Of a stretch of 64,000 bases of DNA, positions 1-13,738 are shown piece after piece (positions within the stretch are counted from its first letter, which is position 1; the number at the start of each line of letters is the position of its first letter). Source of the DNA: Eledone cirrhosa. Lineage: Eukaryota. The position numbers and the translations under genes were made by a program. Below the pieces are notes generated by a model. It saw nothing but the letters and a program-made list of their open reading frames with translations. It was not told the origin of the DNA and did not search any database. The stretch covers positions 125,488,001 through 125,552,000 of the forward strand of contig OZ024740.1 of NCBI GenBank assembly GCA_964016885.1, read 5' to 3'.

Positions 1-614
1 TGATGCGCATGAAAGTCGATAGCTGTATAACAAAGTGCAGGGCAATAAAGATAGACAGTAGCCACGGAATAGGCAGACCTAGAAAAACCTGGGACGATCT
101 GATAAACTCCGACCTCACACACTTACACCTCTCCAAGACAATGTCACTGGACCGAGACCTTTGGCGGTACTCAGTAACAGAGAAGACCCGCCTTACCTAA
201 ATACATAGTAAAACCTACTACAGCCAGTAGGCATCTCTAACAAAATACCCCCCCCCCCCCCCCCCCCCCCCCCACCCCATCCACACCACCCCATCCACAC
301 CACCCCGTTCTATGTAAAGTTATGTTGGTGCCACACCATCCAGGCCGAAACAAATGAGATCGTGTAGGTGTCACGACAAAAAAACACACAGTCCACGCTG
401 TAATGTGGCCGTGTAGGCAACACGGTAAAAACCTCCCAGACCCACACTGTAAATGTGGTTGGCGTTAGGAAGGGCATCCAACTGTAGAAAACCTGCCAGA
501 CAGTCCTATGCGAGCAAGACAATCACTCTTGCCTCAAGTGGGACTACCCCCGTCCAAACCCATGCAAGCGTGGAACACGGACGTTAAACGTTGATGATGA
601 TGATGATGATGATG
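1..614 (+). mobile_element. 3' end of RTE-clade LINE (PHD-bearing family): ORF C-terminus, 3' UTR and (GAT)n tail
   Basis: ORF 3..200 (GRPRKTW...DRDLWR) is nearly identical to the C-terminus of the 680-aa RT ORF at 19259. The 3' UTR is the reverse complement of 18865-19260. It ends in (GAT)n. Confidence 0.92.
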
Positions 615-619
615 CATAT

Positions 620-1503
620 TATAAGGGAAATGGTGATAGAGATCAGTAATTGTTTGTTTGTCTTAATTATTGCTGATCTGTTTGAATCTGTGCTGGATGT
701 TCATGTTAAGAGAGTGGGTAAGCTGTCAACTAATCACCATTTAGTTATCTGCAACTTCAGACTATCTAGACACAAACAAATCAACATGACCAGAAGGTCC
801 AGCTTGTCCTACAGGATAAAGTGAGAAACTTTGGCTGATGAGGGATCAGGACTGGGTATGCAAGTATTAATGCTTCAGAGAACTTTCTGAACAAACTAAA
901 GATGTTAAAATGAATTGGAGTCTGTTCAACTCAGTGTGGTATTTGATGACAGAGGGAGCCCCTAGTTTAACCAGTATTTTAAAAATGTCATCTCATCAAA
1001 GAAGAAAGCATACTCAGCTTGGTTTGAAAACAAGTTTTCCTTCTTGCAAATAAAGCATTCTCTCAGACTATCTGTCACTTCATAATAAAAAATCTTCCAT
1101 GCCTGCTATTAGGAACATATCTTGGAGTCTTCCTGAAGAGAGGGGATTCATCGTAAGATGTAGAGAGTACATAGCTGTGTTTAACAACTGATGTACACAA
1201 GGTGCATCTAGTGTTAAAAACTATCCTCTTGAAAGCTGAGGTTACCAGAAAAGATCTCTAGAAAGCCACTAAAGTAATGGCAGATCTCCCAATTTTCAAA
1301 GAGAGAGACAAGAGTGATTACTTCAATGACAGAGGTGTATCCTTGTTAAGCCTCCCCAGTAAAGTCTTTGCTAAGTGTCTGGGAAAGAGATGTAGGGATA
1401 TTGTTGAGTTCAAGCTAGCTAACAAACTGCAGGGTTTTCATACTAGATGTATCACAGCAGACTAAATATTCACTCTTCAGCAGGTCTTTGAGAAATCTTG
1501 GAT
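620..1503 (+). pseudogene. Degenerate RTE (REX3/Expander-like) endonuclease end and RT start
   Basis: Relic motifs LSTNHHLV (SDH-like), PIFKERDK..RGVSLLSLPSKVF and IFTLQQVFEKSW, with many stops. Confidence 0.7.
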
Positions 1504-1629
1504 GCATTACTCAACAAACTGAGTCGAAAATAGCAGTAGTTCTACATGAAGCTTGATGTTCATAAAGTGAAAAAAACATCAATGATTTGGTATTCTGTCT
1601 ATTTCTGATCAAAGAGAAATAATATGTAG

Positions 1630-2400
1630 AATAGAGCATGGCAATATATGTGGTCTTCATTGACTTCACAAAGTATTTGACACTGTAAGCGAGTCAGGCT
1701 GATCATGAACTATAGCTTTCCAATTGTTAATATTGCAGTTGAACTATGTGGCTGCACTGCCAAACAACTACCAGGCTTTGAAATAACTTAAAAGGTGTGC
1801 ATGTCTGGAAATGTTCACTTGTAGGATTCAGTCCCTACATAAAGGCATAATGTTACATAGATAAATACAGCTTTTCACAGCACAACAGATGCATGCACAT
1901 AGATAAGACCTGACTTGAACCTCCTTAGGTTATTGTACTTCAATGCTAAAAACAATCCTATATATATATATACTACTGAGAGAAATACTGTTTGCTTATG
2001 AATGTGTCCTTATTTCTATAGTGCAGAGTCCATGCACAGTCTTGTAGATGCTGTTGGCAATGCAGCCACAAAGAAAAGTGAAATTCACTATCACCAAATG
2101 TTTAACATGAAACTGGCACAAGCTGAACCAATCTTCATTGAGGGACAGAAGTTGGAAGAAGCAAACCACTGCACTTATCTTGGCAGTGGAATTAGTAGTG
2201 ATGGTAGGCTCAATGTCACATTAGACTGTGTGATGGGCAATGTCAGTTCAGCATTCAGATTGCTGAGTGTATGATTGTAGAACAAAAAACATGTTAAAGT
2301 CTAAGTGAAGAATAAACTATACTGAGTAATGGTATTATCTACTTTACAGTTTGGATCGGACGTGTGAATGATATTTTGCCAACAGTTAAAAATCTGAGAT
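1630..2400 (+). pseudogene. Degenerate RTE-like reverse transcriptase fragment
   Basis: YVVFIDFTK..FDTV and GQKLEEANHCTYLGSGIS motifs, heavily disrupted. Confidence 0.6.
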
Positions 2401-2574
2401 AGAACAGCAATTGAAAAGACAAGGTAAAAAATACCATCATTGTAGAGAAAACCATACTACCTAGCCTGAAAGTCGAATTGGCACATTAACACTTCATCTA
2501 GATTCATTATGTTAAAAGAACTAAAAAAGAAACTTAGTTACCAAATCAAATCCAATACTAAAAGGATATGGTTA

Positions 2575-2930
2575 AACACATCATCATTGTCATCATCATC
2601 ATTGTCATCACCATAATCATCATTAAATGTTTCTTTTTTCTGTTAGTAAGGGGGCAAATGTGTCATCGCAGATCGATTCAGTACTTAGTTGGGCTGGACC
2701 TGTGTTTCACACACATATTTCCACATTCTACAGAGTGTACTGGATACATTTTATTTTGGCACCAGCACTGTTTGGGAACAACTGAAGAGTCCTCCGAACA
2801 TTTTATGGTATGGTTTCTACAACTTGATGTTATTAGTAAAACCAATCACTTTATAGAATGTACTGGGTGCATTTTATTGTGGCACCAGCATGAGGGAGGT
2901 TGCTGGTCACTAATTCAACTGAAGAGCTCT
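2575..2930 (-). mobile_element. Old SINE/LINE 3' tail of RTE type
   Basis: (CAT)n run followed by a degenerate match to the ggtttctacagctggatgcccttcctaa..acagagtgtactggg block seen in other copies. Confidence 0.45.
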
Positions 2931-4419
2931 CTTTATCTTATGGGGTGGAGTGTTCTGATGACTTGTCCTAAGTGAGATGTGTTTAGTGTTTTGGGAGGGG
3001 TAAGAAGGATTGAATTAGATTGATTAGGGTTGGAGAAGATAAGAAGGATGATAAGCCTAATTAACATGGGTAAGTGATAATAGGTAGGAAAGGGAAGGGA
3101 AGATGACAAGTATGATGTCAAGGGTGTATGACAGGTGTCTGTCAAGTGTAGTGGGATCTGATTGGGTGGTGTGAAAGAAGGAATAGGAGGGTGATTACAG
3201 GTAGAGAAGAGGCAAAATGATGATGAGAACAGTTACCCAGGAGCAATGCCTCATGATTTTACATATGAGCAGTCATCATTTACTATCAATGCACAGCATA
3301 TCTTAATGATGATACTGTAGTAAATATATTGTAAATGTGAAAACAAATACATATATCCAACTCACAACTGGTGAACATAGCTGTTCTATAAGCCTCATTC
3401 AAATAACACTTGATACAGCTAATAAAAACTATCTTCCTTGTATTCCACAACTAGTTCCATGTGGATATTCACTGACCTAAAAGTTATATGTAATATATTG
3501 CTTTTATAAAAATAAAAATTTGTGATATAAAATGAACTATAATTCATCTTTAAAACATTAGCATCGTGCACAGTGGAAAAAATATTACAATATTGAATTT
3601 AGAATTTTCTGCTTTCAAATGCCTAACATTTTCCCTAAAATTACAGTTTACTATCAATGGAATGTTTAGATGCAATTTTCTAACAAAATATTAATGTAAT
3701 TTATAAAATAATATTTAGTTTACTGTCAATAAAGTATCATGAAGAAGAGGAGAATAAAAAATACATGAAACATTAATAGGCAACAATATGTAAACTGGTA
3801 TGTGAATTAGTGTAAGTAATAATATATCAATTTTGAATCATTGATGGATGATGGCTATTAAGTTATAAAGTGACATTGCAGATATCATCAATTATATTTT
3901 TTAATAGAATATCTAATATTAAATTTATATTTCTCCTCCAAATCTAAAGGAACATGTTGAAGCTGTGATCTATTTATGAAACGACAGAACTATTATTTTA
4001 CAATTGAATTTTTCATGACATATGTAAATTAAGTTCAGCAATTTATCTTTCATTTTGGATATAACATTTTGATATTATTTCCCCAAAGGACAGTTCTTTT
4101 TAGAAATTTCAGGAATAATAAGAGATTAATATTCTTCTGACCTTAGTTAATGGAAGCAATATATATTGCTGTACAAAAGCTTTATGAGATCATAGTATCA
4201 GTTGAGTCACAATTAGTTTTCTGTGAAAGTTGATTACAGTTAATGACTGAGAAATATTCAATGAAAATTTAAATAAGGAACTCTTTGAAATGGGTGACTT
4301 GGTTTCATAGAACCAGAACTGGTTTGGGCAGATTGATATCAAACAGTTTAAATAATAGGCAGATGGGAATTGGGAAAATTATGTTTCTCTCTTTATATAT
4401 GTATTTTTCTCATTGTTAA

Positions 4420-5020
4420 GTCATATTTGAATGGAGTTCCACTGAAGTAGGTGGAGATATTCAAGTATCTTGGAGTCGTGTTCACAAGTGCAATAAATGC
4501 GGGAGCTGGTGCAGTAAGGCACCAGCTTCAGCATTCGGGAAGGTATGTAGGTGTAAAAGCCAAACGCGCTATCTACAATTTGGTATTTGTGTCAACCCTT
4601 ACCTATGGTCATGAATTTTGGGTAATGACTGAAAGAATATGATTACGAATACAAGCTGCTGAAATGGGGTTCCTCTGAATAGTCTTTGGAGTAATTTGAT
4701 AAAGTGCATATCTCAGAGACCAGAGAGTCACTCCAGGTAGAGTTGCTACTTCTCTGATTTGAAAGATCACAGATCTGATACCGTGGGCATATCATTAAAA
4801 TGTCTCTGGAAAGAATTGTTGGACAGATATTGTTGGCAAAACCAACCAGCAAGGAACCCAGGTTAGAACCTGAGCAAGATGGTTGGGTAACATCCATGAA
4901 CTCAGCTGATCTCACCTGGGGATCCAGCCAGGCCAGTTGGAAATGATTGTGTGTGACAGGACCCGCTGGAAGGAGTGTTTGAGAACTCTGCCACCACAAT
5001 CCTCTCAGTGGGCGAAGAAG
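4420..5020 (+). pseudogene. REX3-like RTE RT/thumb 3' fragment
   Basis: VEIFKYLGVVFTS, TLTYGHEFWVMTERI and IQAAEM motifs. Confidence 0.75.
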
Positions 5021-5329
5021 TTACATTTTATTTAGTCATTTTAGGCCACTAACCTACTGAGTGAAGAGATGATGAGGTTTTGCTTGTCATTCTCAGTTAT
5101 GCACTGCTCCTATCCCTTAAAGTTTCTTGACTCTTAATTTGCAGTTGTAATGAACAGTAATGGTTTTCTTGTATAATCTGGTGAAGGCATATTTTTAATA
5201 CAAATCGACAAGGTGCCAGATTTCATTCACTTACCAAATGGGAGGGAACTCATCAGACCAGACAAAGAAAACAAGGTTTCCATTGGTTGTTCTATTTGCT
5301 AATACTATCTACCAGTCACAACTCCGGGC

Positions 5330-5432
5330 AGTAGGATCAATGTGCCTTGCTCAAGGATTTAATGCATTGCCCGATCTGGAATCGAACTCATAACCTCATG
5401 CTTGTGAATCTACCTGTCTAACCACTAAGCAG
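5330..5432 (-). mobile_element. tRNA-derived SINE head
   Basis: Minus strand reads gcttagtggttaga (A box) ... gagttcgattcc (B box) ... ccttgagcaaggcaca. Confidence 0.7.
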
Positions 5433-6136
5433 ATTTAATAATGAGTGTACTCCATCGATGCATGTCTTGAAGACTTGCAAAAATATACTGCCATGATTTA
5501 ATGTTAGTAGAAGTTTAAAATTCACGATCTCAACAACTTCATCATCACAACACTAATTTTTCTTTTTTTTAGTTCTTGATAAAACAAACAAAACATTTAA
5601 AAACATGTTTATGATGTGTCATCAGAATACACAGTTTACCTGCCCAAACAGAAAAATATACGATAAGAAACATTTGTAATGAATATTTTTGTAATCCATG
5701 TCATTTTTTAACCTCATGAATGTGACAAGGAATTTCTTTTTTTTTTTTGTAATCGGATTGAACTGGTTTGAGATGTAAAAACATCTTTCAGTTTTATGAT
5801 TCTTTCAATCCCTGATAAAATCAATGACGCTTTCAAATATACCCCCCCCCCCAAAAAAAAAATGTTTTTAGGCTTAACATATTTGTCTTTGAACTGAAAC
5901 GTTTCCTCTTTTCCTTAACAATGAAATCACATCTGAAAATCTATGCCAACATGCCATTTAATCAGTTAACAATGAACTCTAAATAATACAACACCCATAT
6001 CTGCTATCATAAAAATGAACCCATTATGAATATTACCTATTCATGATGCAATTTGAGAAAGTGATAAAATTCAAGAAAGAAAACCAAACCAGCGGCTTAC
6101 ATTTTCTCAAAGCTCAATAGAAAAAATAAATAGATA

Positions 6137-6455
6137 AATAATTGTTTCTACTTTTGGCACAAGGCCAGCAATTACTCAGTACATTACTGGTACTTTATTT
6201 TATCGACCCTGTAAGGATGAAAGGCAAAGTTAACCGTAGAGAGATTTGAACTCAAATCATAAAGGGACATAACTATGCTGAAAAGCATGTCCGACCCTCT
6301 ACCGATACTGCCAATTCACCTCCCTTAATAATAAATAGATAAATAATTGTTTCTACTTTAGGCACAAGGCCAGCAATTACCCAGTGCATTACTGATACTT
6401 TATTTTATCGACCCCGTAAGGATGAAAGGCAAAGTCAACCTCGGCGGGATTTGAA
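6137..6455 (-). mobile_element. Two tandem copies (second truncated) of a tRNA-SINE with a Meta-like central domain
   Basis: Reverse complement of gttcaaat..actttgcctttcatccttacggggtcgataaaataaagtaccagt occurs twice. Same family as 10600-10791. Confidence 0.8.
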
Positions 6456-6949
6456 AAATAATAATAGAAATTCAGATATAAACTGCATCAAAAGCAACGA
6501 TCTATCTAACTGACATCAATTCTTTAATTCTTAAATTTTATTAAATATATTAAAACATGTGCAAACATTGATTTTACTGAAAATCTCCACCAGATATTGA
6601 ATAGTTCTGATAAATTTGCTATTGGCAAATCTTTTTCTATTTCATATTTTTAATGAAAAACATTAAAGACACTAAAGGCCATTAAAATAAAACAAGTGGC
6701 TTTAAAATGATATAACACTGAGTAAAAGAAAATTAGTATGAAACATTATTTTATATCAATACATATATAACATAGTAGTAGCACTCACTATGCCATGGAA
6801 CATTCAGTCAGTAACAACATAATATAGAGAAGGGTCTTCAGTCAAGAGCTAACAACTTCTCTAGGACATGTGCTATGATAAAATGCACCAAGTACACTAT
6901 GTCAGATGGTTGGCAAAAGAAAGTTTATTCAGTACTGCCACAGAAACCA

Positions 6950-7810
6950 TGTCAAATGCATTTTTCCATGGTTGCATGGATTAGATGGGTCTTTCCCAGC
7001 ACAACCACCCTCAGCTCGTTGCATTTCTTTGACATCTCTTTGGTGAGGTTTATTGTTTTGACATTCACTCTCCTCACCTCTGCCAAGGTTTACCTTAGAT
7101 TTCATCTACTGCTACTTCATTCCACTGTGAGCTACTGGCACTTCTACATTCAACAATCAATTGTCTGCTATGCGCATCACATGGCTTTCTGACAGTTTTC
7201 TCTCTTGTACCTTACATTCGATTTCTCTTATAGTTTCTCTTTCAGCTTATCCATGCTTCACCATTCATGTACATTCATATCACACATTCATTGAAACATG
7301 TTCGCTTCATTTCTCTCCAGTCTTTTCATATCTGCATTTATGCTCACATTTCCCTTCCATGCAACACCAAACTTCACATGCAGTCACCATACAGCTGGGC
7401 TTTCACTCATAGAGAGAAAACTTTGGTTCTCAACCAAAGCAGTAGCACCCTGGACTTTTTTCAGCCTGTACTTATTCTAGTTACTATGCTTTCAGAGGAA
7501 TCATCTCCACAGCTAATTAGGTCGCCTAGATAGCAAAAACTATCAACAAATTCTATGGAACTTTCCTGGGATTAGACAAAACTTATTTCATTGGGGCTCT
7601 TATAAATAACTACTGCTGTGCATCTCTTATATACAAACCCTGTCTTTTCTGTTAGTTTGCTTACAATCCCATTACATCATTTGTGTACCCACTATTTACA
7701 CTGTGTGCATTGTATAAATTTCCTACCTACTGAAAATGACCACTTCCCTGGTGGAACCAGAGACTTGTCTTCTTTCCTAATACCTAAAACTTTGATCTTT
7801 AGCAATATTT
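6950..7810 (-). pseudogene. Old degenerate copy of the PHD-bearing RTE family
   Basis: Collinear similarity to 19300-20110, including the FCYLGD motif and a relic of the Cys/His insert (7610-7750). Confidence 0.65.
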
Positions 7811-9204
7811 AGACATTTGATTATGTTTCCTTCTCTATGATGCAGAATTATTTCCTTTCCACTCAAGGTATCAGGGTTATATATGAGTTCCTTTGGTTGT
7901 AGGCTTTGTAGGATGATTAATTAGGACACCAAGAATCTAATTGAGTAATTCTGTAAGATATTTGATAATTACATATACATTTTTTTAGTTATATTGCATA
8001 AGCAAATACTTATCTTTTAATACATAAAAGAAAGAGCATCTGTGTGGTTCCTCAATTTTTGAGAAATAGCAGTTGATACATTGTATAATGTATTCCTAAA
8101 TATTATCATCGGTCTTCTCAACAAAGGTCGACATGAGGCTAAGGAACAACAACAACATGATTTACACATTGTAGCCATAAATTATTTTCAAATTAGAACA
8201 GCTTATTTATAATTTACTAAAAAAATCACAAATATTTTCCTTAGTTCTTACAACATAGAGAAAGTACGTTATAACAAGTAAATGAGTAACTTCCTAACCT
8301 CTCACTCTTCCAATAATTTTCTTTGAAGAGAAAGTCTATAATATTTATAATTAGGACTGCATTTGATCTACAGTCTCTCTTTCATTTTATTGCATCAGCA
8401 AAAGACATATTTGACCAGTCACTTAAGGAATAAAAACAAACTAAATGTTTTAAGTACCTATTTGGTCAGTTCTTTTAATGTATTTCATGTTACTAACTAC
8501 TTTAGCCACAAATATCTAAAAGAAATCGTGCTGCTATGTAAATATGTGTGTGAACATACTGCACAACTTTTTTTATTTATTTGTCTATTTTGGAACCAAT
8601 TTCATTTCATATATATACCGTATTGCGATTACTTTTTATATATTTAAACATTTTTTTTTTGCCTAATTGATAATGTTGTTGATATAACTTATAGATCACC
8701 CCAAATATATATTTAAATAACTTGCTAAATAAAATGTGGCATTTCTAAAGGATAAAACCAAAAACCAAAAAAAAAGAAGAAATATTTTTTTTATTATTTT
8801 GATCTTCCCAACTTCAGTAATTTCTGAAATACAAGAGTAGGAGATCAACCAATCAATCAATGAAACAAACAACCTAGACATAAATAGAGTCACCTATTTT
8901 TTCAGAGAGTAGATGTGTTGAATTGTAGGAATAGTGGTAGTTCATAAAAAAAGAAAGAAAACAAAAAAATGGATTAAGGTTTATATAGAAATTGTTACTA
9001 ACAGTTATGCTAAAACAAAACACAATATTACAGGGAACTAAAAAAGAGGATATGTAAAGAAAAAAAGAATTAAGCAGTAGAATGACAGACACCACACCCC
9101 CAGCATCAGCCACCCCACCTCACAGGGCTCACTCCTCATGTGAACCATGGTAGTGAATAATGTTGAAAATTGGTCTTTAGAGTGGTGTTACACAATAGGG
9201 TGTG

Positions 9205-9480
9205 TAGCTCAGAGATCAGAGAGTCACTCCAGGTAGTGCTGCTACTTCTCCAAATTGAGTGATCACAGCTCCAATACTACAGAGATGTGATTAGAATCAT
9301 TCAGGAAAGAATCATTGGATAGATTTTACAGGTAAAACCAACTTGCAAAGAGACCCAATGGTAGGCTCTGAGCAAGAAGGTTGCATGATATCCATGAGCT
9401 TGGCTGGTCTTGCTTGGGGATCTAGCCAAATCAATTGGACAAAGTTGCTTCTGACAGGAACCACTGGAAGGCATGATTGA
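9205..9480 (+). pseudogene. REX3-like RTE 3' fragment
   Basis: Similar to 4708-4975 (ctcagaga..agagagtcactccaggtag..). Confidence 0.6.
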
Positions 9481-9481
9481 G

Positions 9482-9592
9482 GAAGAAGAAGAAGAAGAAG
9501 AAGAAGAAGAAGAAGAAGAAGAAGAAGAAGAAGAAGAAGAAGAAGAAGAAGAAGAAGAAGAAGAAGAAGAAGAAGAAGAAGAAGAAGAAGAA
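9482..9592. repeat. (GAA)37 microsatellite
   Basis: Perfect GAA run. Confidence 0.97.
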
Positions 9593-9689
9593 GCAGCATC
9601 AGCAGAAGCAGCAGCATGACAATCTGCACTATCTATACCCCAAATATTGTCTAAGAAAGCAACAAGAGTCCATACAGCTTGGTACCTGT

Positions 9690-9838
9690 TTTGTTGCAAC
9701 TCATTTTCCCCAGGTGACCGAGCTGAAGCAACTTGAAATAAAGTGTCTTACTCAAGGACACATTGCCCCACAGAGTCATGGAATTGAACTCAGGACCATA
9801 AGATCTTGTGCTCAACACCCTAACTATTAAGCCATGCC
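9690..9838 (-). mobile_element. tRNA-derived SINE with CORE-like ccttgagyaagacacttt segment
   Basis: Minus strand: ggcatggcttaatagttagg..gagttcaattcc..ccttgagtaagacactttatttc. Confidence 0.75.
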
Positions 9839-10261
9839 TCTTTACAGTAACTATTACATTCAAGATATAAAGCAATAATAGAAAAATGAAGAGCAGTTAA
9901 ATATTTGTTAAGGTGTTCACTCATAAAAATGCCTAAAATATAAAGAAAAGAAAAGTAAAAAACACATATTATAAGCTGTAAACTTCTTTATATAATTTTT
10001 AGCCTTTATTTTTTTATTTTGTTGATTTGTTGTGACTTCAGGTCAAATTTTTGTAAATGGTCTGTATAACGAGGTATTCCTTCATAAAACTTGACAATAT
10101 CTCATTAATCTATTATTTTTGTGGTCCAATTAAATACTCTCCTCCATTATTGATAGAAAAAGCAAAACACAAAGTTTAAATTAAAAAATTCTAATGATGT
10201 CACCTCTCTAGATACTTTAAATTACTTTTCACTTTTATTTGTCATGTCATATTTTGCTGTA

Positions 10262-10472
10262 TTCACACACACATATATATATGCCTACATGTGTACACAC
10301 ACACCTATATACAAAAAACACACATGCAAACACACTCACACATACAAATACACACACACACAAACAAAAATACACACACACACATATATACAAAAAACAC
10401 ACATGCAAACACACTCACACATACAAATACACACACACACACACAAACACACACACATATACAGACACACAC
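10262..10472. repeat. CA-rich compound microsatellite with an internal ~80-bp duplication
   Basis: caaaaaacacacatgcaaacacactcacacatacaaatac occurs twice. Confidence 0.9.
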
Positions 10473-10599
10473 AGCTGACATTTACCATTCTAACCATCAC
10501 ACTTCTCTGTAACTAACCATCACTTTCTCCTACAACAATCCCTGTTGCTATACTACCATGATTCACATGCTGCTTTTCTACTTAACCTTGTACTCATTA

Positions 10600-10791
10600 T
10601 TAGCAGGATTGGCAGTATCGGTAGAGGATCGGGTGCTATGCTTTGACGCATGAAGTTACGGCCCTTGCCATTCTGAGTTCAAATCCCGCCGAGGTTAACT
10701 TTGCCTTTCATCCTTACGGGGTCGATAAAATAAAGTACCAGTAATGCACTGGCTAATTGCTGGCCTTGTGCCAAAAAGTAGAAACAATTAT
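10600..10791 (+). mobile_element. tRNA-SINE with Meta-like domain
   Basis: tggcagtatcggtag (A box), gagttcaaatcc (B box), gcctttcatccttacggggtcgataaaataaagtaccag. Confidence 0.82.
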
Positions 10792-11976
10792 TAGCAACCA
10801 GCATAACCATAGACTGTTTTCTCTTTGTATCTGACTCTGTCAAGATTTCTGGTGTCCTTGGTCCCTGCATTGCTGATTCCTCCATAATATCAGAAAGACA
10901 GTAGCTCACTTCTATAGGGAGCCCCTTGAGGTGGGGTAGCTGTTACATCATGTGTCTCTGGCCAATCTCCACAGTAATATTGTCCACAGGGTACAGCTGA
11001 GACACTACTTAGACTGGTGTTGAGTGTCTGTCCCTCCCACTCCCAGTTTCTTTCATTGCTTGATTTATATTTATTTTTCTTCTTTACATTTCCCATTTTT
11101 TGTTCCTTTTATTATTGTTTCATATTTGTAATGTTATTTATATAACAGAAAACAAATAATTCCAGCATTTACCTGTTATCTACATGTACCATACTTTCAC
11201 TCTGTTTTCCTCTTCACACTTAAATTCATATACTCCCATCATACAACTAATACATTGCTATCCTCTTCTTTCAGGAACATTTACTTTCAAAGAATGGAGA
11301 CTAAGCAAAGAAGGGTGGACTTTTTATCTTTGAAGGAAACAATGCAATCTCTTAAATGCACCTAGTACACTCTGTAATGTAACTGGTGATGGAAGAGATA
11401 CAAGTTAGGGTAAAAAGGACTCTTTAGATTAGTTGATGATACAAAAACAACTCTAGTGTTGGTGCTGGGATAGAATTCATACAGTAGTGCTAGGTAACGC
11501 ATCTAACCATAGGACATATATATGTGTACAAAAAAAATGGCGACGTCTTGACCAAACAAAATATATTTTCACCAAAAACTGTCTTTAAACACATGTCAGA
11601 TGGATTACAATATTCATTAATACAATTACTTTGACTGTTCCCTGACTACTAGTACCAGATTCAACGTAGAATTATTTTAACGAAGTATATTTGATATGAT
11701 TTGATTTGATTTTCGCCAACAAACCACGTGTGGACATGGACGGGGAAAAAAACAAATCACTACATCCCTTATGGATCGCAGTAAGTACTTCACAAAATCT
11801 ATAAACAACAATATACACACAAATCTTTATACAGATACATACCACATGCATATACACACAAGTGAAAAGAAACCACACTATTTCGTGTGAGACACTATAC
11901 CGGCCAATCTTACGTAGATTTTGAAAATATTTCTGAACATTGACTTCGCTTCTAACCCACATACACATTTTAATTA

Positions 11977-12752
11977 TCTATATATATAAAACAGATGATG
12001 TCTGTGTGTCTGTTTCCCTAAAACTCGAGAAGTCCCAACCGGTTTTTTTCAAACTTTATACATGTAACTCGTATGACCCCGGAAGTGTTTTGAGCAAAAA
12101 ACATTTCAAATTTTCAATGCCCTAGGGACCGCATTAGGCAATTTAGCGATCTCTTTCTCTTAGTCTTTCTCTTTTTAGATAGATACATAGATATGACGTC
12201 GCGCCTTCATAATATCTGTCTGTATGCCTGATGCCTGTATTACGTCATTATGACGCGATCAGTGTGTGTGTATATATTCTTATGCCAGGGAACGTCTTCA
12301 CGAACCAAAGTATCGTCTTCCTGTTTTCCAGATTGATTTTTTTAGTTTAAGAAGATCCCGTTAAAGTTGAAAGCAGCGATTCTTTGCTTAAACATTAATA
12401 TGTTATTTTAATATAGATATTTGTGTACAGATATTTTTGCATACACAAAAACAAAATATAAACAAACAAGGCCAAAGATTACATCAATTAGTCTTAGTGT
12501 ATGTACTGCATACTGCTTTTAGGTAGAATATCCCGTTAAGGGTGAAAGCAGTGATTCTTTGCTTAAACTTTAGTCTGTTATTTTAATATATATATATATA
12601 TAATTATATATTTATGGACAGATAATTTTGCATACACAATAACAAAATATAAACAAACGTATTTATTTCACCAGGTTCGATAAGGATAAATATATATCAA
12701 ATATATAAGAACCCTATAGCAAATCCCGAGCAACGCCGGGCCATTCTGCTAG
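11977..12752 (+). mobile_element. Non-autonomous Helitron, complete
   Basis: 5' TC at 11977 after an A. Subterminal hairpin CCCG-agcaacgc-CGGG at 12725-12740. 3' CTAG at 12749-12752 followed by T (A|T target, no TSD). Confidence 0.85.
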
Positions 12753-12922
12753 TATATATATAAATATATAGTATTAAGGATACTATTTATGGTTATGTAT
12801 ATACTAAAACCTTTTATAGTTATATATTTTAAACCCTAAATAGTGACGGACTGTAATTTATTACTATCTTATTACCAGTAAGATGAATAGCTCAATGTAA
12901 TATCAGTTGTTTTACAGAGCAG

Positions 12923-13041
12923 TTATATAGAAATTACATGAATCAAAGTTCTGTTTAAATCATTTATTTGCTTACAATTGTTATATATAATTGCTTATAA
13001 ATGATTTAAACAGAACTTTGATTCATGTAATTTCTATATAA
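12923..13041. repeat. Perfect inverted repeat, ~45-bp arms with ~29-bp spacer
   Basis: ttatatagaaattacatgaatcaaagttctgtttaaatcatttat and its exact reverse complement. Confidence 0.93.
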
Positions 13042-13050
13042 ATATATATT

Positions 13051-13218
13051 GGCACTACAACGCTATTAGCTGTCAGTCGAAAGCAGCCGATGAAAGCAAA
13101 ACATCGCTTATTTCCGTATTACTACCACGCGTAAGTGGAGTTACTTGGTGGTAGTAATGCGGAAATAAACGATGACGAATGACGTCACCTTCGGCTGCTT
13201 TCACGACTGACAGCTATA
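13051..13218. mobile_element. Fold-back MITE derived from a Merlin terminus
   Basis: Starts ggcactacaacgctattagctgtcagtcg, matching the Merlin end at 57421. It is internally palindromic. Confidence 0.8.
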
Positions 13219-13281
13219 TATCACGTGAACACAATCACATTATTCTTTCAAAAGGAAAAGTTTGGCGCCATTTTTCTCCAG

Positions 13282-13348
13282 GGTATAGCAAATGTTAACA
13301 AAAGCAGGAGAAAAAGAAGAAACAATAAAAGCAAAAGATAAGGAAATG
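13282..13348 (+). other. Candidate host exon (MLTKAGEKEETIKAKDKEM)
   Basis: tttttctccAG before it, ATG at 13292, strong donor ATG|GTAAGT at 13349, in non-repetitive sequence. Confidence 0.35.
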
Positions 13349-13454
13349 GTAAGTAATATCAAATAATTATTAAAAACGTTAGAGGAGTCGCATTACACGA
13401 ATAATTAAGTTTCATACATACATATATATATATGTGTGTATGAATGTATATATG

Positions 13455-13656
13455 TTATTCTACTGTAAATTTATTTATATGCTTTGTATATATTATATAT
13501 ACACAAATAATTGTTTCTACTTTAGGCACAAGGCCAGTGCATTACTGGTACTTTATTTTATATATACACAAATAATGAATCTGTATATTAAAACATCGTT
13601 TGTATTATTCAATCAGTTTATTGAACAACTAGAATGCTCATGGTCAAGTACTTTAT

Positions 13657-13738
<82 letters not shown>

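Noticed and set aside
5330-5432. tRNA genes (also at 9.8, 10.6, 47.9 and 49.0 kb)
   Set aside because: The A/B boxes continue into SINE bodies and no complete cloverleaf forms.
9301-9830. Poly-Lys/Ser/Leu ORFs
   Set aside because: Translations of the (GAA)n microsatellite.
10795-11100. Minus-strand ORFs in apparently unique sequence
   Set aside because: No recognisable motif or clear splice pair, and the ORF runs into a SINE.
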